Assembly (NCBI GenBank): GCA_965204725.1
Contig: OZ242005.1
Span: 3,104,001 to 3,168,000, forward strand
Reading direction: 5' to 3'
Length of the DNA: 64,000 nucleotides
DNA from: Candidatus Latescibacterota bacterium
Lineage (GTDB): Bacteria > Latescibacterota > UBA2968 > UBA8231
Below are positions 17,847 through 26,821 of the stretch, piece by piece (within the stretch, counting starts at the first letter, position 1; each line of letters starts with the position of its first letter). The notes beneath the pieces are model-generated. The model made no database searches, was not told where the DNA came from, and saw nothing but the letters and a program-made list of their open reading frames with translations. Both the position numbers and the translations under genes were made by a program.

Positions 17847-18302
17847 ATGCCGACAACTAAGTGCGGATTCGGCGACCAAACAGGGCAGTCCGGTCGGGAC
17901 GCATTAGCACTCTACGGACCGACGCTGTTTGTCCAGATCGGCTTCGATCCGGCTTTCCGAGCCGATGGCTCTAGCCTTAATCTACCGCCCGATATGCGTC
18001 CTGCTCTGGTGGATACGGGCGCGATGGAAAGCTGCATTGACTCCGATCTCGCTCTTGTACTAAACCTACCTATTGTCGATAGGAAGAAAGTGGCCGGGGT
18101 CCACGGGGCCGATACAGTCAACGTTCATCTCGCTCAAATTCATGTCGCGCCCTTGGATTTTACGGTATATGGTCGGTTTGCCGGGGTTCATCTACGCGCT
18201 GGAGGCCAGCCCCATTTCGCGCTTCTCGGCAGAACCTTCTTGCGGAACTTTACGATGACGTACGAGGGTAGAACAGGGAACGTCATCCTCAGCAACGACT
18301 AG
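17847..18302 (+). CDS. Clan AA retropepsin-like aspartyl protease
   Basis: ALVDTGA catalytic motif and ALLGRTFL motif; no signal peptide. Confidence 0.85.
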   Translation: MPTTKCGFGDQTGQSGRDALALYGPTLFVQIGFDPAFRADGSSLNLPPDMRPALVDTGAMESCIDSDLALVLNLPIVDRKKVAGVHGADTVNVHLAQIHVAPLDFTVYGRFAGVHLRAGGQPHFALLGRTFLRNFTMTYEGRTGNVILSND

Positions 18303-18337
18303 GTTTCAGAGGAACCCACTGCCATCCGCGGAACGAT

Positions 18338-18366
18338 TTGACAGCGCAATGCCCCCCTTTTACCTT
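18338..18366 (+). promoter_or_regulatory. Sigma70 promoter of the trp/aro operon
   Basis: TTGACA-17 bp-TACCTT immediately upstream of the leader peptide. Confidence 0.65.
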
Positions 18367-18375
18367 TTGCTCGTT

Positions 18376-18456
18376 ATGAATTTTTCGCCTCATATTCGTC
18401 GCTGGTGGTGCGGTTGGCATTTCCCGAGCCGGGAGAGAGGTGCGTCCATCCGCTAG
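18376..18456 (+). CDS. trpL: Trp operon leader peptide (26 aa, MNFSPHIRRWWCGWHFPSRERGASIR)
   Basis: Tandem TGG TGG plus a third Trp codon, between the promoter and the attenuator hairpin upstream of trpE. Confidence 0.85.
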   Translation: MNFSPHIRRWWCGWHFPSRERGASIR

Positions 18457-18480
18457 ACTGCGACGATATTTTTTAATTCC

Positions 18481-18513
18481 AACGCGGACGCCCTCGGGTG
18501 TCCGCGTTTTTTT
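18481..18513 (+). terminator. Attenuator terminator of the trp leader
   Basis: AACGCGGACGCCC-TC-GGGTGTCCGCGTT hairpin ending in a T run; GCGTCC at 18442 can pair with GGACGC at 18486 (antiterminator). Confidence 0.85.
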
Positions 18514-18530
18514 GTACTATGGAGAACGCC

Positions 18531-20708
18531 ATGACCATGCACACGGAAACCTTTCGCACGGCCGGCGGCGTCGAAGTCAGGCGCACAACCCGGCCGTTGC
18601 CCCTAGCGCAGCCGCTCGAGTCCCTGCTGGAGCGGCTCAATACGCACCGCGGCGCGGTCTTTGCCAGCGGCTACGAATATCCGGGGCGATACAGCCGTTG
18701 GGACATTGGCTTTGTCGATCCGCCGCTGGAGCTGGTGGCGCGTCAGCGCGACTTCGCCTTCCGGGCGCTCAACGCCCGCGGCCAAGTGCTGCTGGAGATC
18801 GTGCGCCGAGGGCTTGCTGGGCACGAGCACTTGGCCGCGCTGGAGCTCGCCGAGGGCCAGCTCAAAGGCGCGGTGGTGCCGATGCCCGAATACTTTTTGG
18901 AGGAGGAACGCTCCAAGCAGCCGACGATCTTCAGCGTCCTGCGCGCCCTCGAGGCGCAGATGCGAGGCGCGGACGACGGGCACTTGGGATGGTACGGAGC
19001 GCTGGGCTACGACTTGGTGTTCCAGTTTGAGCCTATTGAGCTGCGCCACCCGCGCCGGGCGGACCAAGCCGATCTGCATCTGTTTTTGCCGGACGAGCTC
19101 GTCGTCGTCGATCACCGCAAAGAGCAAGCGCGGCGCTACAGCTATGAGTTTGCCGCGGCTGGGTTGTCAACCGCGGGCATGCAGCGGCACACCGACGCCG
19201 TGCCATACGAGCCGGGCGCGGCGACCGCACTCCAATGCGACCACGCCCCGGGCGAATACGCGGACAAGGTGCGCGAGGTCATTGCCGGCACCGAGCGCGG
19301 AGACTTCTTCGAGGTGGTGCCGAGCCAAGTGCTCAGCGCGGGGTATGCCGGCAGCCCGCATGCCCTCTTTGAGAATATCCGCCGCACCAACCCCAGCCCC
19401 TACGAGTTCTTCATCCACCTCGGCGACGAGTATTTGATCGGCGCTTCGCCCGAGATGTTCGTGCGGGTCAACGGGTCCTTCGTCGAGACGTCTCCGATTG
19501 CCGGGACCATCGGCCGGGGCAAAACCGTGATGGAGGACGCCGATCAGATCCGCGACCTGCTCAACTCGAAAAAAGACGAGGCCGAGCTAAACATGTGTAC
19601 GGACGTCGATCGCAACGACAAGGCGCGGATTTGCAAGGAAGGATCGGTGCGGGTGGTCGGGCGGCGAATGATCGAAAAGTACTCCAAAGTCTTTCACACC
19701 GTGGACCAAGTCGTAGGCGAGCTGAAGGACAGCTGCGATGGCTTCGACGCCTTGCTCTCGCATCTCTGGGCGGTAACGCTCACCGGCGCGCCCAAACCAG
19801 CGGCCATGCAGAAGATCGAGGAGTTGGAAAACTCGGCGCGGCGTTGGTACGGCGGCTGCATCGGGATGCTGCTCTTTAGCGGCGAGATCAACACCGGGAT
19901 CACCATCCGCACGGTACACTTAGAGGGCGGCATGGCCCGCGTCCGGGTCGGCGCGACCTTGCTGTGCGACTCAGACCCGGACGACGAGGAACGCGAAACC
20001 CGGACCAAAGCCGAGACCTTTATCAACGCGGTGATCGGGGCCGAAAGCGCGGTCACACCGGATAAGGCGAGCGCGGGCACGGGCCGCGGCAAGCGGGTGC
20101 TCTTTGTGGATAACCGCGACTCTTTCGTCCACACGCTCGGCGACTATGTGCGACAAACCGGGGCCGAAGTGGTCACGGTGCGCGCCGAGCGGTCGCCCGA
20201 TGGCAGCGGAGCGCGGGGCCTGCGCCAGCCGGAGCGCGTCTTCGCCGAGGTGGACCCGGACTTGGTCTTTATCTCGCCCGGCCCGGGGACGCCCGAGGAG
20301 TTCGGTGTGCCAACGCTGGTGCGGGAATGCGTCCGGCGCGCGCTGCCGGTCTTTGGCGTGTGCCTCGGGCTACAGGGCATCGTCCAAGCCTTTGGCGGCG
20401 AGTTGGGCGTCTTGTCCTACCCCATGCACGGCAAGGAATCGACGATCCGCTGCACCCCCGAAGGGATCTTCAACGGGTTTCCCGAAGAATTCGTCGCTGG
20501 TCGCTATCACTCGCTCTACGCGCGGCCGGAGAAATTGCCGGCGTGCCTGCGGGTGTTGGCCCAGACCGACGACGGGGTCATCATGGCCGTGGAGCACTGC
20601 GATTTGCCCATAGCGGCCGTGCAGTTCCACCCGGAGTCGATCTTGACGCTCAAGGACGATCTCGGCTTGCGGCTGATCGCCGAGGTCGTGGGGAAGCTGG
20701 CGCGATGA
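18531..20708 (+). CDS. trpE: Fused anthranilate synthase TrpE(G)
   Basis: SGYEYPGRYSRWD, NPSPY, GASPEMF, DVDRND; C-terminal GATase DSFVHTL, SPGPG, GVCLG, QFHPES. Confidence 0.93.
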   Translation: MTMHTETFRTAGGVEVRRTTRPLPLAQPLESLLERLNTHRGAVFASGYEYPGRYSRWDIGFVDPPLELVARQRDFAFRALNARGQVLLEIVRRGLAGHEHLAALELAEGQLKGAVVPMPEYFLEEERSKQPTIFSVLRALEAQMRGADDGHLGWYGALGYDLVFQFEPIELRHPRRADQADLHLFLPDELVVVDHRKEQARRYSYEFAAAGLSTAGMQRHTDAVPYEPGAATALQCDHAPGEYADKVREVIAGTERGDFFEVVPSQVLSAGYAGSPHALFENIRRTNPSPYEFFIHLGDEYLIGASPEMFVRVNGSFVETSPIAGTIGRGKTVMEDADQIRDLLNSKKDEAELNMCTDVDRNDKARICKEGSVRVVGRRMIEKYSKVFHTVDQVVGELKDSCDGFDALLSHLWAVTLTGAPKPAAMQKIEELENSARRWYGGCIGMLLFSGEINTGITIRTVHLEGGMARVRVGATLLCDSDPDDEERETRTKAETFINAVIGAESAVTPDKASAGTGRGKRVLFVDNRDSFVHTLGDYVRQTGAEVVTVRAERSPDGSGARGLRQPERVFAEVDPDLVFISPGPGTPEEFGVPTLVRECVRRALPVFGVCLGLQGIVQAFGGELGVLSYPMHGKESTIRCTPEGIFNGFPEEFVAGRYHSLYARPEKLPACLRVLAQTDDGVIMAVEHCDLPIAAVQFHPESILTLKDDLGLRLIAEVVGKLAR

Positions 20709-20726
20709 TACGCATCTCCAAGGATC

Positions 20727-20824
20727 GAGGGCATCTTGCCCTCGTCGAGGGCGGGACGCCCTCGACCCCGGACGCAGCGGCAACACCAAAAAATGCGAAC
20801 TCAAAGTCGGTGTCGCGTACTTAG
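20727..20824. repeat. REP-like paired palindromes
   Basis: GAGGGCATCTTGCCCTC and GTCGAGGGCGGGACGCCCTCGAC, ending GTGTCGCGTACTTAG as at 13109. Confidence 0.75.
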
Positions 20825-20855
20825 CGTGTAAGGTCTCGTTTTACATGGTCCAACC

Positions 20856-21419
20856 ATGCTGCTGATACTTGATAACTACGACTCCTTTACCTACAATTTG
20901 GTGCATTATCTAGAGGAATTAGGGGCTGCAACCGAGGTCGTGCGCAACGACGAGTTGACGGTCGCCGAAGTGGTCGCGCTCGCACCCGAGCGCGTGGTGA
21001 TCTCGCCCGGTCCTAGTGGCCCGGATCAAGCTGGAATTTCGGGTGCGCTCGTCGAGCGGTTGGCTGGGGTGATTCCCATTTTAGGGGTGTGCTTGGGGCA
21101 CCAAGTCATCGCCCAAGTTTGCGGCGGGCGCGTCGTGCGGGCCAGCGCAATCGTCCACGGCCGGGCGACGCCCGTGCAACACGACGGTCGCACGCTCTTT
21201 GCCGGATTGTCCAACCCGCTCGTGGCCACGCGCTATCACTCGCTGGCGGTCGAGCGCGCGAGTTTGCCCCAGTGCCTCGAAATATCGGCCACGAGCGACG
21301 ATGGGACGATCATGGGGATTCGGCATCGGCGCTGGCCCCTCGAAGGGGTGCAGTTCCACCCGGAATCGATCCTGACGATAGAAGGCAAACAACTGCTGGC
21401 CAACTTCCTTCGCCTATGA
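20856..21419 (+). CDS. trpG: Glutamine amidotransferase, anthranilate/aminodeoxychorismate synthase component II (TrpG/PabA)
   Basis: DNYDSFTYN, SPGP, GVCLGHQ, RYHSL, QFHPES. Confidence 0.9.
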   Translation: MLLILDNYDSFTYNLVHYLEELGAATEVVRNDELTVAEVVALAPERVVISPGPSGPDQAGISGALVERLAGVIPILGVCLGHQVIAQVCGGRVVRASAIVHGRATPVQHDGRTLFAGLSNPLVATRYHSLAVERASLPQCLEISATSDDGTIMGIRHRRWPLEGVQFHPESILTIEGKQLLANFLRL

Positions 21420-21429
21420 GGAACTTTTG

Positions 21430-22440
21430 ATGATACAAGAAGCCATAAAAGACCTAATCGCCGGAGCGGACTTGGGCCGCGCTAGGACGCGGGCGGCCAT
21501 GGACCAGATCATGAGCGGCCAAGCCACAGACGCCCAGATTGGCGCGTTTCTCGTCGCCCTGCGGATCAAAGGCGAGACTGTGGACGAGATCGCCGGTTGC
21601 GCCGAAGTCATGCGCGAGAAAGCCACGCCCATAGCGACAGCGCGCCCCGATCTGATCGACACCTGCGGCACCGGGGGCGATGACTCGGGGACCTTCAACA
21701 TCTCTACGGCGGTGGCCTTTGTCGCCTGCGGCGCTGGCCTAGCGGTGGCCAAGCACGGCAACCGCTCCATATCGAGCCACTGCGGCTCGGCGGACGTGCT
21801 GGCCGCGCTCGGGGTCAACGTCGAAGCCTCGCCGGAAAAAGTTGGCGAGTGCCTCGACGAAGTCGGCATCGGCTTCCTCTTCGCGGTGGCCTTGCACGGG
21901 GCGATGAAACACGCCATCGGCCCGCGCCGGGAGCTGGCCACCCGCACGGTTTTTAACGTCTTGGGGCCGCTGACCAATCCGGCTGGGGCCAAAAGGCAAT
22001 TGATCGGAGTGTACGACAGTGCGCTGACCGAGGCACTCGCCGGGGTGCTCGGCCAGTTGGGATCGGAGCGGGCCTTGGTGGTACACGGCTCGGACGGGCT
22101 AGACGAGATTACCCTGACCGGGCCGACACAGGTCAGCGAGCTGAGAGATGGGTCGGTGAGTACTCGTCAGATCGACCCCAGAGATTTCGGCTTGCAGCTT
22201 GCCCCAGCCGAGGCACTCCAAGGCGGCGATGCGGCTTACAACGCACGCATCCTGCGCGAGGTACTCGATGGCCGGGAAGGGCCGCGGCGCGACGTGGTGC
22301 TCATCAACGCGGCGACCGCAATAGCCGTTGGCGGGCGGGCTGAGGATACGACCGCCGGTCTTGAATTGGCCCGGGCCTCTATCGACTCGGGCCGAGCACG
22401 CCAAGCCTTGGATCGGCTGGTCGAGGTGAGCAACGCCTAG
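21430..22440 (+). CDS. trpD: Anthranilate phosphoribosyltransferase
   Basis: DTCGTGGD, FNIST, KHGNRS, GSAD, DGLDE. Confidence 0.96.
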   Translation: MIQEAIKDLIAGADLGRARTRAAMDQIMSGQATDAQIGAFLVALRIKGETVDEIAGCAEVMREKATPIATARPDLIDTCGTGGDDSGTFNISTAVAFVACGAGLAVAKHGNRSISSHCGSADVLAALGVNVEASPEKVGECLDEVGIGFLFAVALHGAMKHAIGPRRELATRTVFNVLGPLTNPAGAKRQLIGVYDSALTEALAGVLGQLGSERALVVHGSDGLDEITLTGPTQVSELRDGSVSTRQIDPRDFGLQLAPAEALQGGDAAYNARILREVLDGREGPRRDVVLINAATAIAVGGRAEDTTAGLELARASIDSGRARQALDRLVEVSNA

Positions 22441-22461
22441 CACATCACCCCACGAATCCTA

Positions 22462-23241
22462 ATGACCGATATTCTCAAGGAAATAGCCGCGTACAAGCGC
22501 GAGTTCGTGGCCGACCGCCAGCGTCAGCGCAGTTTGGCCGAGGTGCGCGCCCACGCCCGCGACACGCCCGCGCCGGCCGATTTTCGCGGTGCGTTGGCGG
22601 CCGATGGGATCGCCCTGATCGCCGAGATGAAAAAAGCCTCGCCGTCCAAGGGCATCATCCGCGCCGACTTCGACCCGGAGCAGATCGCCGATGCCTATGC
22701 GGCCAACGGCGCGCGCTGCCTTTCGGTTTTGACGGACGAGGCGTACTTTCAGGGGTGCGATGCTTATGTGCAGATGGCGAAAGAGGTTGCGGGCTTGCCG
22801 GTGTTGCGCAAGGACTTTACCATCGGCGAATACCAGCTCTACGAAGCCCGCGTCATCGGGGCCGATGCCGTTTTGCTGATCGTGGCCCTGATGGACTCCA
22901 GCCAGCTCGACGACTGCCTCGGCTTGGCCGGCGAGTTGGAATTGGCCGCGCTAGTCGAAGTTCACGATGAGGCGGAATTAGCGCGGGCCAAAGCGGCTGG
23001 GGCCGGGCTCGTCGGCGTCAACAACCGCGATCTGCGGACCTTTGAGACCACCTTGGAGACGACCTTCGCGCTTTTGGACCAGATGCCGGAGGGGGCGGTC
23101 GTCGTCAGCGAGAGCGGCATTGAAGGCCGCGGTCATGTCGAGCGGCTCGCCGCGGCCGGGGTCGATGCGATTTTGGTCGGCGAATCCCTGATGCGCGAAG
23201 CCGATATCGGGGCCAAAGTGAGGGAGCTATTGGGCGCGTGA
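22462..23241 (+). CDS. trpC: Indole-3-glycerol phosphate synthase
   Basis: IAEMKKASPSKG, LRKDF, GVNNRDL, SESGI. Confidence 0.96.
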   Translation: MTDILKEIAAYKREFVADRQRQRSLAEVRAHARDTPAPADFRGALAADGIALIAEMKKASPSKGIIRADFDPEQIADAYAANGARCLSVLTDEAYFQGCDAYVQMAKEVAGLPVLRKDFTIGEYQLYEARVIGADAVLLIVALMDSSQLDDCLGLAGELELAALVEVHDEAELARAKAAGAGLVGVNNRDLRTFETTLETTFALLDQMPEGAVVVSESGIEGRGHVERLAAAGVDAILVGESLMREADIGAKVRELLGA

Positions 23242-24221
23242 AAAAACGAGTGTTTTCGGGCATTCAGCCCTCGGGTCACATCCACATCGGCAACTACATC
23301 GGAGCTGTCCGCAACTGGCTGGTCAACCTACCAGACCGCGACAACATCTTCTGCGTGGTCGATCAGCACGCCATCACCTTGCCCTACGACCCGGAGGCTT
23401 TGCGCCGCGGTACGCGCGAGGCCGTGGCCCTGTACATCGCCTGCGGACTCGATCCGCAACAGTGCCGCCTTTTCGTGCAGTCGCACATCCGCGAGCACAC
23501 GGAGTTGGCTTGGCTTTTGACCTGCATCACGCCCATGGGCTGGCTGGAGCGGATGACCCAGTTCAAGGATCGGGTGGGGGCGCGGAGCGAGCGCGTCGGC
23601 ACCGGGCTGTTTGTCTATCCGACGTTGATGGCCGCCGATATTTTGCTCTACCAAGCGCACGAGGTGCCCGTTGGCGACGACCAAAAACAGCACGTGGAAC
23701 TGACGCGCGACTTGGCCGAGCGCTTCAATCGCCAGTTCGGCGAGGTCTTCACCGTGCCCGAGCCGGTCATTCCCGCGGTTGGGGCGCGGATTATGGGGCT
23801 CGACGATCCGACCGCGAAAATGTCTAAGTCGGCCGAGGGTCGGTTCCACAGCATCGGCTTGCTCGACAGCCCGGACGCGGTCCGCAAGGCCATCATGCGG
23901 GCGGTGACGGATTCGCAACGGGACATTGTCTTCGACCCGCAGCGCCCTGGGCTGCACAACCTCCTGACCATCTACCAAGCGTTGACCGGCCTAGAAAACG
24001 CCGCGATTGAGGCGCGTTTTGCTGGCAAGGGATACGGCGACTTAAAGAAGGAATTGGCCGAAGTGATCATCGCCGAGATCGAGCCGATTCAGGCTCGCTA
24101 TCGGGCGTTGCGGGCGGATCCCGCCTATATCGACGGGGTGCTCGCCGAGAGCGTCGAGAAGCTGCGCCCAATCGTGGACGCAACCATGGACGCCGTCCGC
24201 CGGGCGATGGGGCACCGGTGA
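23238..24221 (+). CDS. trpS: Tryptophanyl-tRNA synthetase
   Basis: SGIQPSG, HIGN, YPTLMAADILLY, VPVGDDQKQH, KMSKS. Confidence 0.96.
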   Translation: MKKRVFSGIQPSGHIHIGNYIGAVRNWLVNLPDRDNIFCVVDQHAITLPYDPEALRRGTREAVALYIACGLDPQQCRLFVQSHIREHTELAWLLTCITPMGWLERMTQFKDRVGARSERVGTGLFVYPTLMAADILLYQAHEVPVGDDQKQHVELTRDLAERFNRQFGEVFTVPEPVIPAVGARIMGLDDPTAKMSKSAEGRFHSIGLLDSPDAVRKAIMRAVTDSQRDIVFDPQRPGLHNLLTIYQALTGLENAAIEARFAGKGYGDLKKELAEVIIAEIEPIQARYRALRADPAYIDGVLAESVEKLRPIVDATMDAVRRAMGHR

Positions 24222-24231
24222 GAGAATAGCT

Positions 24232-24513
24232 ATGGACCTGAGTGACTGGCGCGACCGCATAGACAACATCGACCGGCAACTGATCGATCTGCTCAACGAG
24301 CGCATGCGCTGTGCGCAAGCGATCGGGCGGCTCAAAAAGGCCGCGGGCAAACCAATACGCGATCCCGAGCGCGAGCTCGTCGTGATCGCCAAGGTCAAAG
24401 CCTACAACCAAGGGCTGATCAAGGACGAAGCCCTAGAGGAGCTCTACTGGCTGCTCATCAAACGGACCACCGACTTCGAGCGCGAGGAGCCTTCGTCTTC
24501 TTCCGGCGAGTAG
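24232..24513 (+). CDS. Chorismate mutase (AroQ class)
   Basis: R.RIDNIDRQLIDLLNERM...IG..K...IRDPERE. Confidence 0.9.
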   Translation: MDLSDWRDRIDNIDRQLIDLLNERMRCAQAIGRLKKAAGKPIRDPERELVVIAKVKAYNQGLIKDEALEELYWLLIKRTTDFEREEPSSSSGE

Positions 24514-25592
24514 TCATCGTCGGCGTGGGCTTGATTGGTGGCTCCATGGGCTTGGCGCTCCGGCGCACCGGCTTTGGCGGGCAGCTCGTGGGCGTCAGCC
24601 GCCCGCCAACCATCGCCCGCGCCCTCGAACTGGGCGCGATCGACGAAGGATGGGGCTACGACGAGTTGGAACGCGCCCTCAAGGGAGCCGATCTGGTCTT
24701 TATCTGCACCCCGATTAAGCGGATTCTCGCGCTGATTGCGGAAGTGGGTCGGCTCGCCGAGCCGAAGACCCTCGTCACCGACGTAGGGAGCACCAAACGG
24801 CGCATCGTCGCAGCGGCCCAAGCCCAGTTTAGCGACTCGGTGTACTTTGTCGGCGGCCACCCCATGGCCGGCTCAGAAAAGGCGGGCGTGGCCGCGGCCG
24901 ATCCGTTCCTCTTCCAGAATGCGATCTACATTTTGGTCCCCAACCAGCAGGTGCCCGCCGACCGCTACCAAGCATTGACCGCTCTCTTGCGCCAAGTCGG
25001 AGCGCGGGTGATGGAACTAGACGCCGAAGCGCACGACCGGGCGGTCGCCGCTATCAGCCACCTGCCGCAGATGATGGCGACCTCGCTGGTGAGCATGGTC
25101 GGCCGGCTCAACGCCGAGCGCGATCACTTCCTGCCGCTGGCCGCTGGGGGCTTCCGCGACCTGACGCGGATTGCCGCCAGTCCGTTCGCGCCGGTATGGG
25201 AGGATATTTGCGCGACCAATGCCGACCAGATTCGGGCGATGATCGACCGCTACATGGCCGCGCTGGCCGAGGTGCGGGAGCGGCTGGAGGGAGCGGAGCT
25301 AAAGGCGGATTTCGATTTTGCCAACGAGGTGCGGGGCGCGATCCCGAGGGATTCAAAGGGGTTTATCCACGCGCTGTACGAGATTTTGGTGCTCGCCGAA
25401 GACCGGCCGGGCGTCATCGCCGAGATCGGGCAGGCGCTGGGGGACCAAGGGATCAACATCAACGATATTGAGGTGATGAAGGTGCGCGAGGGCGAGGGGG
25501 GGACGCTGCGGCTGGGGTTTGATAGTGCGGAGAGCGCGGAAAACGCCCTGGGAATTTTGGCGCGGCTCGGGTATGTGGCGCGAAGGCCCTAA
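24495..25592 (+). CDS. tyrA: Prephenate/arogenate dehydrogenase with C-terminal ACT domain; start uncertain (first canonical start is GTG 24525)
   Basis: FRRVVIVGVGLIGGS Rossmann motif, DVGSTK, GGHPMAGSE, HD..VA.ISHLP, DLTRIA, ACT-like EDRPGVIAEI. Confidence 0.9.
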   Translation, partial: VFFRRVVIVGVGLIGGSMGLALRRTGFGGQLVGVSRPPTIARALELGAIDEGWGYDELERALKGADLVFICTPIKRILALIAEVGRLAEPKTLVTDVGSTKRRIVAAAQAQFSDSVYFVGGHPMAGSEKAGVAAADPFLFQNAIYILVPNQQVPADRYQALTALLRQVGARVMELDAEAHDRAVAAISHLPQMMATSLVSMVGRLNAERDHFLPLAAGGFRDLTRIAASPFAPVWEDICATNADQIRAMIDRYMAALAEVRERLEGAELKADFDFANEVRGAIPRDSKGFIHALYEILVLAEDRPGVIAEIGQALGDQGININDIEVMKVREGEGGTLRLGFDSAESAENALGILARLGYVARRP

Positions 25593-25595
25593 GCT

Positions 25596-26819
25596 ATGGA
25601 AGAAATCGTACATCCAGTCAAGAAAATTGCCGGGCAGGTCTCAGTGCCCGGAGAGCGGGTGCTGGCCGAGCGGGCGCTCGTGTTGGCCGCGCTGAGCGAA
25701 GGAGACAGCGTCGTCAGCAACGCGCCCGTTGCCGTTGGCCGGGTGGTCGCTTTGTTGCGCACCCTCGGCGTTGACATTGCCGAGCGCGCCGGTGACTATG
25801 CGGTGCGCGGGGTTGGGTTGCGGGGGTTTCAGCGTACCGCGGCCCCACTCGACCTAGGGGGGTTGGGCGACACCGTGCTGTTGTTGCTGCCCTTGCTCGC
25901 CGGACAAACGTTTCGCTCGCGGGTGAAGTTAGGAGCGGAAGCCGAGCGGTGTCAGCCCTTGCTCGCTGTCCTAACCCAGCTCGGGTTCGCCGTAGAACAG
26001 GAGGGCGCGGACACCATAGTAACCGGGGGGCAGCCGGCCAAAGGGTGCGTTCTTGCCGAGGCACCACCGACCGACGCCTTGGCGCTGGGCGCGATGGTCG
26101 GTGCGCTCTTGGCCGAGGGGACGACCGCCCTGAAAGCCGGTCGCCGCGTGGAGCGCTGGTTGCACGAGCGCGGGGTGGTGGTCGACCGACGCAACCGGCT
26201 GTCGGTAGCAGGGGGGCAGGCGTTGCAGGGCGTTGACGTGGCGGTCCCGGGACAACTCGCGTTGGCTTATCCGCTCATCGGGGCCGCGCTGTGCCGCAAG
26301 GGGTCGCAGCTAACCATCCAGCGCGTGGCTATTCGCCCTAAGCAGCGGGCGTTCTTGGATTTGCTGCGGCAGGTTGGGGCGCAGGTCGCCGCGCAAGAGC
26401 GCGAGGAGGGTGCGTGGGACTTGCACGTGAGTGCCAGCCCCTTAAAGGGTACGCGCGTGGCCGGGCGGCGGGCGGCCAAGGTCGCCGACCAGATCGCGCT
26501 GTTAGCGGTCTTGACGACCCAAGCGACCGGAACGACGGTCATCCGCGACATCGAAGACGTGCCGCACGTAGAGCATGTGTGCGCCGCGCTGCGCTCGCTC
26601 GATGCGCGGGTCGGCCAGTTTCCAGAAGGGCTCGTCATCAAAGGAGGCTTCCCGCTCCAAGGCGGCCAGCTCGATGGTCGGGGCGACCCTAGCTTAGTCA
26701 TGGCTTTTGCCGTGGCTGGGCTGTTGGCCGAAGGGGCGCTAACCATCCACGGCAGCGAGTGCCTAGCGCCTATCTGGCCCGATTTTTTTGAGACCGTACA
26801 CCTTATTCAAGGAGATTGA
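25596..26819 (+). CDS. AroA (EPSP synthase)-like protein with degenerate active site
   Basis: Full-length AroA-like layout (GQVSVPG..RALVLAAL.EG; MAFAVAGL; WPDFF) in the tyrA-aroE position, but the conserved catalytic motifs are replaced. Confidence 0.75.
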   Translation: MEEIVHPVKKIAGQVSVPGERVLAERALVLAALSEGDSVVSNAPVAVGRVVALLRTLGVDIAERAGDYAVRGVGLRGFQRTAAPLDLGGLGDTVLLLLPLLAGQTFRSRVKLGAEAERCQPLLAVLTQLGFAVEQEGADTIVTGGQPAKGCVLAEAPPTDALALGAMVGALLAEGTTALKAGRRVERWLHERGVVVDRRNRLSVAGGQALQGVDVAVPGQLALAYPLIGAALCRKGSQLTIQRVAIRPKQRAFLDLLRQVGAQVAAQEREEGAWDLHVSASPLKGTRVAGRRAAKVADQIALLAVLTTQATGTTVIRDIEDVPHVEHVCAALRSLDARVGQFPEGLVIKGGFPLQGGQLDGRGDPSLVMAFAVAGLLAEGALTIHGSECLAPIWPDFFETVHLIQGD

Positions 26820-26821
26820 AG

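Noticed and set aside
18303-18530. T-box or riboswitch upstream of trpE
   Set aside because: No T-box consensus seen; the leader peptide and attenuator hairpins explain the region
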